Source: Mobula hypostoma (taxonomy: Eukaryota). From it: a stretch of DNA of 64,000 bases. Positions 36,001-47,427 of the stretch are shown in pieces. The DNA is taken from assembly GCF_963921235.1 (NCBI RefSeq), contig NC_086097.1, positions 95,916,001 to 95,980,000 on the forward strand. Reading direction: 5' to 3'. Below the pieces are notes generated by a model that did not search any database, had not been told where the DNA came from, and saw only the letters and a list, made by a program, of their open reading frames with translations. Position 1 is the first letter of the stretch, and each line of letters begins with the position of its first letter. The translations under genes and the position numbers were made by a program.

Positions 36001-37979
36001 TACCAATATTGTGAGGAAAATATTCCAAACAAAATGGCTCATTTTCAATCACAGATTTTGCCTAATCTACATTTCCCTACCATGTATATTCTGAGTGGAT
36101 ATATCCATTCCTCTCCAGTGTCCCAGAATTTAACATTCCCATACACTTGTGCTTTGAAATCCTGTTTGTTAAATCATCCTTGACATGTAAAGATAAAATT
36201 GCTTGGTTTATATGAAGGAACCTGATTCAGGTTCCATGCTGGATCAGTGCTAACAGATATGCTAGTGTCTGATGATGCTTTAATACTTTAATTTGGAGGC
36301 GATTCAATTTTACATGAAGTCACTGTATAATGTTTTGTGATGATATAAACATTGGGACAGTGATTACCACTGGAAGGGATATTCACTGAGCATCAAACAC
36401 AGACAAGTGTGATCTAACCAAGATGAACAATGACTTGTATTGAGCAACATACTCTGAATATGGCCTAATATTTACAGAGCCACATTATTGGGTGGCTTCT
36501 GTACCTAAAGTGGCCACTGAGTGTATGTTCATGGTCCTCCGCTGCTGTAGCCCATCCACTTCTAGGTTCAACATGTTGCACGTTCAGAGATGCACTTCTA
36601 CACACCACTGTTGTAATGGATGATATTTGAGTTACCGTCACCTTGAACCAATCTGGACATTCTGTTCTGACCTCTGTCATTAATAAGATGTTTTCACCCA
36701 CAGAACTGCCACTCACTGGATTTTTCTTTTGTTTCTCGCACCATTCTCTTATAAACTTGAGAAACTGTTGTTCATGAAAATCCCAAGAGATCAGCAGATT
36801 CTGAGATACTCAAACCATCCCAACTGGCACCAATAATCATTCCATGGTCAAAGTCACTTAGATCACATTTCTTCCCCATTCTGATATTTGGTCTGAACAA
36901 CAACTGAACCTCTTGACCGTGTCTGGATGCTTTTATGCATTGAGTTGCTGCCACATGATTGGCTGATTAGATACCTGCATTAATGAGCAGGTGTATCTAA
37001 TAAAGTGGCCATTGAGTGTACATCGAGAATGGAATTGTGCCCAGACACCCAAATGATCTAGCAAGGTTTATAAAGGCCCCTCTAGCCTATTGTGCACCAA
37101 GATCACAGCTGACTGAGTTATTGCTCTTAATTCTGTTTTATTGTCCAGACCCCATAACCTTTGATATCATATTCAAAGATTCTTTCTCAGCTCTGAATGT
37201 TCTTAGTGTCTGTGCATCTTCAGCTCTGTGGAGATTTCCAAAGACTCCAAGCACTGAAAAAATAAATACACTTCATCTCAGTCTCAAAGGGCCAATCTCT
37301 TATATTGTTGTGACACTTTCATTTCCCACATCTCCATAAGGTTGTCAAATTAGTGTCAATTAGTGCAGTAGAACTACAAGAATTCCCCACGCTTGGGGCT
37401 CTGGCAAATCTTCCGGGACCCTTTTAATTAGGTTCTTTATGATGTCAAAGAGTTTTGCAATGAATTTGCCATTGAACTTGGTACGTCTTTGGGGTGGGGG
37501 TAGTTGTGAGGTCCAGCAAGACTTGAAGTGGAGGCAGTGGGTGAGAGTGTGGGACTGCCGATTCTCAGGGAAACATAACCCGGTGAGAGAGATGCAGAGC
37601 CATTGGTAATTTAAGTTGTAGGATCGCAGATTATTGATGTGCTATAGGTTTGACAGTTTCTGGAAACTGCACCAACATTTCTCAAATTTATTTTGTATTT
37701 CACCCTGACACCTACAGTATGAGAGAAAACTTCTCACATCAATTTGCTCAGGATTTGAATCTGTATCTCATTGTTGCTGCCACAAGGCTTCTCTACTGCC
37801 TGTGATTGAAGACATAAACACATATTGTGATGGGTTGGTTTCATTCCGTCTACAAATACGTACTGAGGTTAATGCTGTTTGCTTGCAGGCACAAAGAGGC
37901 AGCACCAAACAAATACCTGGACCTGGATGACAAGATTCGTAAAGACCCACGGTTGGCCAAGAAATTAAGTGGTTGCTGA
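1..37979 (+). CDS. DRC7: Dynein regulatory complex subunit 7 (CCDC135), 3' part of gene; 9 coding exons, 5' end outside window
   Basis: Exons <1-92, 704-832, 3831-4054, 9895-10110, 16543-16653, 24523-24633, 31411-31605, 34800-34939 and 37889-37979 join in frame via GT-AG introns. Peptides ([87 protein letters not shown]) match the DRC7 C-terminal half as I recall it. Confidence 0.96.
704..832 (+). CDS. DRC7: DRC7 coding exon: (C)[42 protein letters not shown]
   Basis: Pyrimidine tract + CAG at 701-703; donor GTGAGG at 833; 129 nt, phase 1-1. Confidence 0.92.
1115..3587 (-). mobile_element. Internally deleted, degenerate Gypsy-type LTR retrotransposon
   Basis: Direct ~195-bp TG...CA LTRs at 1115-1310 and 3393-3587. 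On the - strand, PBS-like TGGTGTAAGAAG follows the 5' LTR and PPT-like AAAGGGAAAAGA precedes the 3' LTR. Gag remnants [30 protein letters not shown] (2864-3049) and zinc knuckle [14 protein letters not shown] (2426-2656). Confidence 0.88.
3831..4054 (+). CDS. DRC7: DRC7 coding exon: (K)[32 protein letters not shown]...SYRTIL
   Basis: TTTCTTACAG acceptor; donor GTAAGT at 4055; 224 nt, phase 1-0. Confidence 0.95.
4346..5146 (+). mobile_element. CR1-type LINE fragment (RT domain), truncated at both ends
   Basis: ORF 4385-5227: [48 protein letters not shown]. Confidence 0.93.
5147..8492 (-). mobile_element. CR1-type LINE, near full length but frameshifted: ORF1 esterase domain + ORF2 endonuclease/RT
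   Basis: ORF1 7932-8492 has GDSIVRG/CLPGA/HVGTND (SGNH/GDSL). APE motifs LNARS, ITETWL, GDFN and SDH lie in 6984-7779. RT in 5665-6402 has [19 protein letters not shown] and FADDTK. C-terminal piece 5323-5613. Confidence 0.95.
8545..8635 (+). mobile_element. Penelope-like element ORF C-terminal remnant
   Basis: Translates as [24 protein letters not shown], resembling the end of the PLE GIY-YIG ORF. Confidence 0.6.
8712..9227. mobile_element. Non-autonomous Tc1/mariner-type element with hairpin (double-TIR) ends
   Basis: TA-flanked palindromic units at 8712-8784 and 9161-9227, both built from TIR CAGTACTGTGCAAAAGTCTTAGGCA, in opposite orientation. Confidence 0.8.
9895..10110 (+). CDS. DRC7: DRC7 coding exon: [23 protein letters not shown]...VMTFE
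   Basis: CCTTTTTAG acceptor; donor GTAGAG at 10111; 216 nt, phase 0-0. Confidence 0.95.
10168..10410 (+). mobile_element. V-SINE (HE1-like) copy
   Basis: V-domain-like GGGTTTCTTCTGAGTGCTCTGGTTTCCTCCC..AAGACGTACC..GGTTAACTGGTCATTGTAAATTGTCC, repeated many times in the window; boundaries approximate. Confidence 0.75.
10460..10985 (-). mobile_element. Penelope-like element 3' end/terminal repeat
   Basis: Repeat CTGCAGATGCTGGAAATC..ACTCAGC..CAGG..ATCTATGGAGGGAAATGAACAGTCGAC, purine-rich spacer and ORF-end remnant. Related copies at ~33580-33740, 38140-38870, 58790-59195 and 62380-63140. Confidence 0.75.
10560..10597 (-). ncRNA. Minimal type I hammerhead ribozyme motif (Penelope-associated)
   Basis: - strand reads TAGTC CTGATGA A GGGTCTTGGCCT GAAA TGTC GACTG: stem I AGTC/GACT, CUGAUGA and GAAA cores, stem II hairpin, GUC cleavage triplet. 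Confidence 0.7.
11140..11895 (-). mobile_element. Rex1/Babar-type LINE 3' fragment (continues at ~16175-16275)
   Basis: [24 protein letters not shown] and [10 protein letters not shown] peptides; TTCAAGA-type tail; the sequence resumes after the CR1 insertion. Confidence 0.75.
13281..13470 (+). mobile_element. 5'-truncated RTE-clade LINE 3' end
   Basis: C2H2-like C-terminus [23 protein letters not shown] and (CAA)n tail; splits the CR1 sequence ATTAC|TAATGCCTCC. Confidence 0.8.
13767..15005 (+). mobile_element. Tigger/pogo DNA transposon, internally deleted (CENP-B-like DNA-binding region only)
   Basis: Imperfect TIRs CAGGTGGCCCCCG..TCCGAA / TTCGGA..CGGGGGAAACCTG, TA at the right end. Disrupted transposase from 13981: [49 protein letters not shown] domain missing. 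Confidence 0.9.
16275..16505 (+). mobile_element. Rex1/Babar-type LINE 3' tail
   Basis: TTCAGGAACCGTTTCTTCCCC...GATATTAAACCTGATTCTGATTCTGAT tail. Confidence 0.7.
16543..16653 (+). CDS. DRC7: DRC7 coding exon: [37 protein letters not shown]
   Basis: AG at 16541-16542; donor GTATTG at 16654; 111 nt, phase 0-0. Confidence 0.93.
17075..17398 (+). mobile_element. V-SINE-like copy
   Basis: tRNA-like head plus GGGTTTCCTC..GGTAGGTTAATTGGTCATTGTAAAT core. Confidence 0.7.
18063..18345 (+). mobile_element. V-SINE copy inserted into a CR1 3' fragment (~17990-18592, - strand)
   Basis: V-domain core and TAAA tail; flanking CR1 peptide [24 protein letters not shown]. Confidence 0.75.
18595..19215 (-). 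mobile_element. Penelope-like element ORF N-terminal fragment
   Basis: - strand translation [32 protein letters not shown], typical of the region upstream of PLE RT. Confidence 0.7.
19220..19765 (+). mobile_element. Old CR1 3' fragment
   Basis: Degenerate [23 protein letters not shown] motifs; TCTATGACTC-type tail. Confidence 0.75.
21357..21585 (+). mobile_element. V-SINE copy
   Basis: B-box-like GGTTCAATTCCC followed by V-domain core. Confidence 0.75.
22170..23620 (-). mobile_element. Rex1/Babar-type LINE (RT and 3' end), degenerate
   Basis: [63 protein letters not shown]. Confidence 0.88.
23652..24459. mobile_element. Non-autonomous Tc1/mariner-pogo-type DNA element (MITE)
   Basis: TA|CAGTGGGTTCTGGTTAATTGG ... 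CCAGTTAACTGGAATCACTG|TA, with subterminal inverted repeats. Confidence 0.75.
24523..24633 (+). CDS. DRC7: DRC7 coding exon: [37 protein letters not shown]
   Basis: AG at 24521-24522; donor GTGAGT at 24634; 111 nt. Confidence 0.95.
25103..25326 (+). mobile_element. Solo LTR inserted in a V-SINE
   Basis: Termini TGTAGG...CCTACA; 4-bp TSD GTAG (25099-25102, 25327-25330); internal AT tract and AATAAA. Confidence 0.75.
27099..27176. repeat. 24-bp tandem triplication within a Rex1/Babar 3' fragment
   Basis: CTGGCTACTTAACCAAGGCAAGGA x ~3. Confidence 0.9.
28470..30030 (-). mobile_element. Rex1/Babar-type LINE fragments (endonuclease, RT N-terminus joined to 3' tail)
   Basis: [63 protein letters not shown]. 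Confidence 0.85.
31411..31605 (+). CDS. DRC7: DRC7 coding exon: [23 protein letters not shown]...IIQNRFEK
   Basis: TGTTTCTCAG acceptor; donor GTGCTG at 31606; 195 nt. Confidence 0.95.
32109..32142. repeat. (GT)n microsatellite
   Basis: Direct reading. Confidence 0.9.
32397..32866 (-). mobile_element. 5'-truncated fish-type L1 insertion with 11-bp TSD
   Basis: TSD CCCAAGATGCT at 32386-32396 and 32867-32877; ORF2 end [39 protein letters not shown] and A-rich tail on - strand. Confidence 0.85.
34800..34939 (+). CDS. DRC7: DRC7 coding exon: [16 protein letters not shown]...[12 protein letters not shown](K)
   Basis: TTTTTCTAG acceptor; donor GTAAGA at 34940; 140 nt, phase 0-2. Confidence 0.96.
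36469..37018 (-). mobile_element. Tc1-like DNA transposon deletion derivative
   Basis: TIR CACTCA(A/G)TGGCCACTTTATTAG next to TA (37019-37020); transposase N-terminus [32 protein letters not shown]; left boundary degenerate. Confidence 0.85.
37889..37979 (+). CDS. DRC7: DRC7 last coding exon: [29 protein letters not shown]
   Basis: TTGCTTGCAG acceptor, phase 2; TGA at 37977-37979. Confidence 0.95.
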
Positions 37980-38073
37980 ATATGTTAACTGCCCATTACA
38001 GTGCAAATAATGTCTGGGGAAGATGATCTGACGTCCAGGAATCTTGAATGAAATGTAACAAGCACGTATTCAA

Positions 38074-38079
38074 AATAAA
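38074..38079 (+). terminator. Candidate DRC7 polyadenylation signal AATAAA
   Basis: First AATAAA ~95 nt after the stop, with a U-rich region downstream. Confidence 0.6.
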
Positions 38080-41000
38080 AAAGAAAAACATTGTCAGAAA
38101 GATTTTATTTGAATAATTTTAATTAATGAGTTAACAATTTAATGGAAAATGCTGGAAACACTCAGGTCAGATGGCATCTGGAGAAAGAGAAATATTTACA
38201 AGGTCCTTTATCAGAGTTGGAAAGAGAGAAGCTATAGCTATAAATTGCAGGGTGGGGTGTGTGTGTTGGGGGGGGACAGAGAGGGGGAGAGAGAAAGAAA
38301 GAAAGAAAAAGAAGGGACAGGGTGATACCAATACTGCCAAAGGATAAATTGTGGAGCTGATCAATGGATTACTGGGGATGGTGGGGGGAGGGGGAGATAA
38401 AGAATGAAGAAAGGTCATGAAATAGTGGCAAAGAGAAAGTGAGAATGCAAACAAACACAATATTCATAAAATACTGTGCCATAGCAAGTGCTCACCAGAT
38501 TAGGGTGTGTTAGTGAGGGGAGGAAAAATTGAAGCCAATGTACCAGATTGATGACTTGAAGCAAAAATGGCCAGTTCTCATACAAATCAAGAAAACAAGT
38601 CACCTGAAGTTGTAATATTCCTTTTTGAGTCCCAAAGATTGCAACAAGCCAGATGGAAGATGAAGTCCTGTTTGATAACCTTGTTATTACAGTGCAGGGC
38701 CTGTAGATAGATGGGTCAGATTGGCAGCACAATGGAGAATTTAATGGCCATCAGATTAAATATGGGTGCTCTACAAAGCAGTTACCCATTCTGCATTCAC
38801 CAGAGATGCTGCCTGATCTGCAGAATAGTTCTATCATTTTTTGTTTTTAATTCACATTTCCAGCATCACATCATTTTGATTTTTGTTTAAAGGTTTAATT
38901 GTATGTGTGAGCATATTTTATATAATGAAATTTGTGATGTGATCAGTGACATGCATGTGAGGGATTCCAAATGATGAATCTCAAAGTTTCTCTCTTTCAA
39001 TGGACACAAAGAAATAAAGACAGGATGAAATGTCCTTGGGGCTCCCCTCCTTCAACATGTCCTTAGCATGCAATTTTTTCCTTTTAGGTACATGTTATGA
39101 AATGTTCTGTACCTTCCTGCTAATTGTTGTCCAATGAATCTGGAAATTAAGTCACTTCATTGTATTTAGCGTAAGAGTTCTGTATGCAAATACACATTTG
39201 CCCATTTTTGAAGGTTTTTATTTCAAAATCACATGTGGCTCCCTGTAACTGATTTTAAGTGTTGACCCTTCTTAACCATACCTTTCCTCTTGGCCCAAAC
39301 TGGTACCTATACCGGTACTTTAAAACTGGTAGTTAACTTACTTCTAGTTGAGGTCTCTGCCCTCCAACTATTAATCTTCTGGTGTGAGAAGCTGAAACAG
39401 ATTTCACCATTAACCAACAGACAGATCACTGCTAAGAGGGCCACAAATAAAATTTCATCTAGGTGCCTTTAAGGGTTAGACTCCTGTCAATGACCACGGC
39501 AGTTCGTAACGAATAAGAAGGTCCCAGTAATGATATTTGAAGTTCACATTGTGATACACATATTTAACCAAGTCTTGTGCACTACCTCCATCTTCCACAT
39601 GGTGGAGGCAAACTGACATCCTTATTTCAACACAAAATTGGCATTGGATACTTCAGGCTGGTCATCTCTGAAGTGAGAAATAGGCAATGTTCAGGTGGAT
39701 AACCTATTATAAGAACGATTTTGATGAAATGTCATTGAACTGAAATATTAACAGATGCCTACCTGACTTGAGCAGTTCCAGCACCTTATGTTACACCATC
39801 AGTTGCTTCTGTTTCCTCCCACAGTCCAAAGACATACTGGTTTGTAGGTTAAATAGTCATTGTAAAGTGTCCCCGATTAGGCAAGGATTAAATCGGGGGT
39901 TGCTGGGCAGCGCAGCTCGAAGGGACGGAAGGGGTTATTCTATGCTGTATCCCAATAAATAAATAAATAAACAGGATGTGGAACAGGACAATACCAAGAT
40001 GAAATAGCATTAAATCATTGACATTTTCATTTACTTTCAAGAAATGGGCTATCAGAAGTATAGCTTCCCAGACTTGTCAACAGTAGGCCATGCAATTAAA
40101 ATCGTTTTCAAATGTTAAAACCATTTCAGACTTTACTGAAATGAATAATTCACCCAGCAAAGTTTCCCATTAACATCACATGCTTCTATACAAATAGGCT
40201 CATAAAGTTCAAGCGTTTTTGGCTTCAGTGATAAAATTCTTATCTTTAAAAGTTATTCCTGTTACTACGGTTACTTACGTGAACCACATATGATCAATGG
40301 TCACTATCTGACGATAGCACACCATGTTTTTTTGAAACAGAAAGACCGATCAGCAGCCTTGTGTAATATAAAACGTTTGTCCTAAAATATAATTAATATA
40401 TCTGCTCTTAAATTCTACCTCCCTAACAATGAAGGCCAGCATTCAATTTGCCTTTTTGAAAACCGTTGCACCTGCAAACTAATCTTTACTATTCATGCAC
40501 AAGGATTCCCAAGTCACTCAGCACCACAGCATGCTGCAATCTTTCATTTATTGATCACAAGATGATGATCTATTTTTCCTTGTTACAAGGATTACTTCTT
40601 AGTAATAATGATCAGTTAGGCACAGAGAGAATCTGTATCTACTGACAAGTACCTTTATTATCATGTCTGCGAAGCTTGGTCTCTGGAGAGTTGTTGCTGC
40701 TTTACATTCGCAGCTCCTTTTATCACTTCTTTCGATTCAAATGTTGTGTTTCAATCTTCTTGTCTCTAGGTCACCTGACTGACCTATATCATCTTATTGG
40801 CCCTGGTTCAAGCCAGTATCCATTTATTGCCCTCTTCCACAAGTGATAACTGGTAATATATGGGTTTTTGTTCTAAATCTGTTTCCAAACCAGTAACCAG
40901 CTCAAATCTCTCAGGGAAGACACAAACAGCACCATTCACAAACCTACATATTATATCACAGAACACTTCACAAATAACTTATTATTTCAAAATGATCTCT

Positions 41001-41984
41001 TGTCCAGCAGATTACCTGGAGTATTGTTGTCTCTCCTTTAAAACACTGATTCAGCCAAGCAAAATGAGCTCACAAGATGGAGGACACAGAGCAGCTTCAC
41101 AAAATGGAAGACTCTGTCCCATCAACCTCATGGCAAGAACAAAGACAATTGATTTCCACTGCCCTTGATTTATTTGAATTCATTGATTTGTAGATTGTAG
41201 TCCTTTCTGGCCACCACTTCCAAAGTAGTATCTTGTATATATGAGGTAAGTTAGTATCTTGTATATACCAATATTTTACTCAATAAACCCATAAAACATA
41301 GGAGCAGAACTAGGCCATTCAGCCCATTGAGTTTCTCTACCATTCGATCATGGCTGATTTATTTCCCCTCTTAGCCTTATTCTCTGGCCTTTTCCCTGTA
41401 ACCTTTGATGTCCTTACTAATCAAGAATCTATCAATGCCTCTTTAAATATACCCAACGACAATGACGGTGTTCACCACCCTCTGACTAAAATAATCTCTG
41501 TTCTAAACGGATGTCCTTCTATTCAGAGGCTGTGGCCTCTGATCTTAGACTTTCCCACTATTTGAAACTTCCTCTCTATGTCAACCTTTTGAGATTCGGT
41601 AAGTACTCCATCTGCTTGCTCAGTCATCTTCGCACAGACTGCTTCCTCTGCGGAAGTTTTCTTTTCCATTCAATTTAGTGTCATCAGCAAACATAAAATT
41701 CAGTACATTCAGCCCCCTCTTCCAAATCGTTAATGTATATCATGAACTGTTGTGGGCCCAGCACTGACCCCTGTCGGCAATTGCCCACCACCTACTGCCA
41801 ACCTGAGAAACATTCATACATCCCAACTTTCTGCCTTCTATTGGTTAACTGGTCCTCTATCCATGCTGATAAATTATCCCTGACGAGTCTCTTATACTGC
41901 AACTTATCTGGAAATCCAAGTATGCAACATCCACCTCTTCCCCTCTATCTACTGCACTCATAATATCCTTAAAAATCTCCACTG

Positions 41985-44900
41985 AGGAATTTAAAGTTAG
42001 TGACCTTCATCTTTGACCCTCCGATGAGGACTGGCTCATGTACCTCTAGTTTCCTTCTCCTGAAGTCTATAATCAGCTCCCTCATCTTGCTAACATTGAG
42101 TGAGAGGTGGTTGTTGTGGCACCACTCAGCCAGACTTTCAATCTCCCTCCTTTATGCTGATTGTCATCACCTTTGATCTGACCTGTGATAGTAATGTCAT
42201 CCTCTGCACCTTTGCTATCCAATGTTCCAGGATTGAGTGAAGAGTCAATGAAATGGTATGTGACATGGACCTGTTGTGCCAGTACGCAAACTGGAGTAGA
42301 TCCAAATCACTTCTCAGGCAGAAGTTTCATCATCACACTCTCCAAACACTTCACCATTGAGGATGTAAATGCTATTGGACGATAGTCGTTGAGGCAAGTG
42401 GGTACCTCAGACTACCGAAGTGAGAGACTAAAGATCCCTGTGAACACTCCAGCCAGTTGATCAGCACAGGTACCCCATCTGGGCCAAGTGCTTTTCACGG
42501 GCTCATGCTCCTGAAGGATGCTTTCAAATTGGCCTCAGAAATTGAAATCACAGGGTCATTGGGCTGTAGGAGTTTGTGTTGGTTCCTTCATGCTTTGATC
42601 ATCAAAATGAGTATAGAAGGCCTTGAGCTTATCTGCAAGTGAGACCTTGTTGTCAGCTATGGTGCTTGTTTCATTTTGCAAGAGGTGATAGCATTCAAAC
42701 CCTACTGCAATTGTCAAGCATCCTTCATTGATCAAGTTTAGTACGGAACAGCCACTTCACCCATGAGATGGCTTTCTGGAGATTGTACCTGGACCTCTTG
42801 TAACTCTCTTGGTCGCCAGACTTGAATGCTTCTGTTCTGGCCCTCAGCGGATTGTGGTTCATCCAGGCTTCTGGTTGGGGAAGTCTCTGAATAATTTTGT
42901 AGGGACTCTACAACTGTTTTCATAAAGTCCATGAAACTATGGTGTATCCATTCAGATCCACCATGAGTCCTTGAACACGGCCCAGTCCACCAACTCAAAG
43001 CAATTCCATGGCCGCTCCTCTTCCTCCCTTGAACACCTCTTTGTTCTCCTAATTTCTGGACCCTTGCTATTTAGCCTCTGCCTGTAGGCAGGTAGCAGAA
43101 GGTCAGCTAAGTGATCAATTTCCTGAAATGTGTTCTGTGCGTAGAATACTCAGAATGTTCTCCATAGTACATCTGTAGAAATTAGCTTAAGTCTTTGGTG
43201 ACATACCAAATCAGCTCAAACTCTGAATGAAGTATACCCACTGGCATGCCTTCTTCTTGACTGCATTGATATATTGGGCAAGGAATAGATCCTTGAGATT
43301 CTGGCACCCAGGAAGCTGTGACTGTTCACTACTTTCCTCCCTCATCACCTGCTGATCAACTTCTATCGGACAACTACAGAGAGCCTCCTGACGTATTGCT
43401 GTGCAGTGTCGTTTGCCAGCTGCACAGAACAGAACAGGAAGGACTTGCAGCGGGTGGTGAGGGTAGCAGAGCGGGTTATTGGCACATTACCCTCCCTCAG
43501 AGACATTTATACTGGCAGACTTCAAAAGAAGGCTACTTGTATTTCGAAGGATCCCACTCTTCCTGGACATCACCTGTTTTCCCCTCTACCTTCTGGGAAG
43601 AGATACAGAGCATTAAGGACGAAAACAAAGAGACTTCTTAACAGCTTCTACCCACAAGCAGTGAAATATATAACACCCCCTTCCCTTCTCCTGCCCCCTC
43701 CTAAGACAGCGGCAGCTAAATGCATCACACTTCCAGGAATGGCAGGTGTGCAATAGTCCTACCACCCCCCCATCCATATATTATTAATTGTGGACTGCAC
43801 TCCTGAGGTTTTAGAGTTTATTTTATGTATATATTCTTTGTCATGCTGCAAAATGTTGAGCTGCTAAACTGTGTTTCATTGCTCCACAACAATGACAATA
43901 AAGATATTCTTCTTCTTCTACTTTCACTGCTGACCCCTCCATGAAGACTGGTGTGTGTTCTCCTGCCTGGCTTGCCCTCTCCAAAGTCCACAATCAATTC
44001 TTTGGTCAAAGGTTATTGCAGTGACACCACTCAACCAGCCAATCTCAGTTCTGCATGCCTCCTCATTATCATCTGAAATTCTGCCAACAACAGATGTATT
44101 ACCTACAAATTTATAGATGGCATTTGAGCTGTGCCAAGCCACAGTCTTGATGTAGAGAGAGTGAGCAGTATGCATCCTTGAGGTGCACTGGTGTTGATTG
44201 ACAGTAAGGAGATGTTATTCCCGATTCAAACTGACTGAGGCCTCCCAATAAGAAAATCAATGATCCATTGCAAAGGGAAGTATAGAGCCCTAGGTTTTGA
44301 AGCTTGTTGATTAGTACTAAGACGATGATGGTGCTAAACACTGAGTTCTAGTCAATAAATAGTAGTATGACAGGTTTTGCTGTTGTCCAGGTGGTCCAAG
44401 AGCAAGTGGAGAGCCAGTGGTGAGATTGCATCTGCTGTAGATCTGTTGTGGCAGTAGGCAAATTACAGCAGGTCCAGGTCTTTGCTCAGGTAGGGGTTAA
44501 TTCTAGCCGTGACTAACATTTCAAAACAGTAGATGTGAGTGCTTCCAGGTAATAATGTTTGAGGCAGCTCATTCTGCTCCAATATAATTGATTTTGAAGC
44601 AGATGGAAACTTCTGACTTCAGCAGTGAGTGGTTGAAAATGTCCTTGAACACTCCTGCCAGTTGATTGGCATAGGTTTTCAGTGCCCAGCCAGGTACACT
44701 CTCAGGGCTAATGCCTTGATAGATGTTCTGACATCGGCCTCCAAGACAGATATTCCAGGGTTGCCAGATGTTGCAGGGGTTCACATAGGTATACTCTCCC
44801 TTTCAAAGTGTGCATAAGAGGTGTTGAGCTCATCAGGTAGTGAAGCATCACAGACATTTATGACGTTAGGTTTCGTCTTATAGTGAGTAATAACATGCAA

Positions 44901-45690
44901 ACCTTGCCACAGTTGAAGCGCATTAGATTGCATCTTTAACTTCACTCACAAATGCTTTTTTGCTCTTATGATAGCTTTCTGTAGATCTTGGAAAGTTCTG
45001 GATCATGGGTCTTGAATGCCACAGATCTAGCCCATAGCAAACTATGAATCTCCTGGTTCGTCCAAGGCACACACTCATCCACACAGGTCCAGATGAAGTC
45101 GACGGCAACTGTGGTATAGTCATTCAGATCCAAAGATGAATCCCTGAATATTTTCCAATCCACCAATTCAAAGTAGTCCTGTAAGCACTCCTCCACCTCC
45201 CTCACGGTCCTCACTGCTGTAAGCACTCCTCCACAGTCCTCACTGCTGGTACTGTGGTCATCAATCTCTGCCTATGTGCTGGGAGAAGTACAGGCAGGTG
45301 ATCAGATTTGGTGAAGTGCCAGCCTGGGATGGCACAGTAGGCATTCTTGATGGTAGTCTAACAGTAGCCAAGTGTGTTGGCTCCCCTGGCTCCACAGTGA
45401 CATGTTAGTGGTAGTTTGTCAAAGACATCCTCAATCTAACATAGTTGAAGTCCCCTGCAAAGATCGGGAAAGCAGCAGGGTGCGCCATCTCCAGACTGTG
45501 ATTAGTGCTCAGCTTTTCCAGTGCCTGCCCGATGTTAGCCGGGGATTGAATGTACACTGCCATGAGGACAATAGCAGAAAACTCCCTCCGCAGATAGAAT
45601 GCACATTTGACTGTCAAATGTTCGAGGTTGACAGGATTGTGTGCAGCACAATGAGCTAATCATGAAGCAAACACCACTGCCTCAGAATCT
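41985..45690 (-). mobile_element. Cluster of degenerate Rex1/Babar LINE pieces, with a + strand 3' fragment nested at ~43320-43920
   Basis: Endonuclease/RT remnants (FYLRREFSAIVLMAVYI, AGDFN, LQDYFE.VDW, INKLQNLGL). The + piece reads DLQRVVRVAERVIG..LPSGKRYR..NSFYPQAV with a (CTT)n tail. Confidence 0.8.
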
Positions 45691-45699
45691 GCTGTCCAG

Positions 45700-47420
45700 A
45701 CATTGGAGCACAGTTAGGCTATTCAGCCCATCAAATCTGCTCTGCCATTTCATCATGTCTGATCCATTTCCCTCTCAACTCCAATCTCCTGCCTTCTCCT
45801 CATATCCTTTCACGCCCTGACTAATCAAGAACCTACTAACCTCTGCCTTAGATGCACCCAGTGGCCTGGCCACAGCTGCTTGTGACTAAGAATTCCACAG
45901 ATTCACCACCTGCTGGCTAAAGAAATTCCTTCTCATCTCAGTTCTAAATGGACATCCCACTATTTTGAGGCTGTGCCCTCTAGTCCTAGACTCCCCAATC
46001 AAAACCCTATCTAGGCCTTTCAACATTGAATTAGGTTTCAATGAGATCCCCCGCACCCCCCACCATTCTTCTAAGTTCGAGTACAGGCCCCGGCCCTTCA
46101 ATTGCTGCTCATATGCTCTTCCATTCCTAAATCATTCTTGTGAACCTCCTTTGAAGCCTCTCTAACGTACACACATCCTTTCTTAAATAAGAGGCCCAAA
46201 ACTACACAAAATACTCCAAATGCAGCCTCACCAGTGCCTTTTACAGCCTCAGCATTATATCCTTGCTTTTATATTCTAGTCTTCTTGAAATGAATGCTAA
46301 CATTGCATTCATCTTCCTTACTAGTGATTCAACCTGCAAATTAACCTTCAGGGAATCCAGCACGAGAACTCCCAAATCCCTTTGCACTTCTGATATTTTT
46401 CTCCGTTTAGAAAATAGACTATGCTTTTACTTCTTCTACCAATGAGCATGACCATACACTTCCCAGCACTGTATTGCATCTGCCACCTCCTTGCTCACTC
46501 CTAATTTGTCTAAATCTTCGTGCAGCCTCTCTGCTTCCTCAACAGTATCTGCCCCTCCACATATCTTGATATCATCCACAAACTTGGTCACAAAGCCATC
46601 AATTCCATCATCCAAACAGCTGAAATATGTTAAAAATAAGTGGTTCCAGTACAGACCCTTGTGGAACACCACCAGTCACTGGCAGACAATCTGAAAAAGA
46701 TCCTTTTATTCCCACTCTTTGTATCCTGCCCAGCAGCCAAAACTCTATCCACACTAGTATCTTTCCTGTAATATTATGGGCTCTTATCTTGTTTAGCAGA
46801 CTCATGTGTGGCACCTTGTCAAAGGCCTTCTGAAAATCCAAGTACACAACATCCACCAATTCTCCTTTGTCTATCCTGTTTGTTATTTCTTCAAAGAAAT
46901 CCAACAGATTTGTTAGGCAACATTTTCCTTTAAGGAAACCACACTGACTTTGGCATACTTTATCACGTACCTCCAAGTACCCCAAAACCTCATCCTTAAT
47001 AATGGACTCCCAACCACTAAGGTCAGACTAACAGACCTATAATTTCCTTTCTTCTGCTTCCTTCCTTTCTTGAAAAGTGGAGTGACATTTGCAATTTTCC
47101 ATTCCTCCAGTACAATGCCAGAATCTGACTCTTGAAAGAGCATTTCTAATGCCTCCACAATTTCTTTCAACTACCTCTGGTGTAGTCCATCAGCTCGAAG
47201 TGATTTATCTACCTTCAGACCTTTCAATTTCCCAAGCAGTATCATCTCCCTAGTAATAGCAACTGCACTCACTCCTGCCCTTGACATTCTCAAACATCCA
47301 GCATACTAGTGTCCTCCACAGTGAAGACTGATGCAAAATACTTATTCAGTTCATCCACAATTTTCTTGCACCCTGTTCCTATCTCTCCAGTGTAATTTCC
47401 CAGCAGTCCAATATTGACTG
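45700..47420 (-). mobile_element. CR1 LINE 3' part, degenerate
   Basis: [43 protein letters not shown]. Confidence 0.9.
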
Positions 47421-47427
47421 TTCTCTC

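Noticed and set aside
37338..37662. Possible inverted termini (GGTTGTCAAA..TTTGACAG) of an old MITE
   Set aside because: Match too short and no convincing TSD
38900..41280. Intergenic region searched for an additional gene
   Set aside because: No consistent exon chain or recognisable peptide; only decayed repeat fragments
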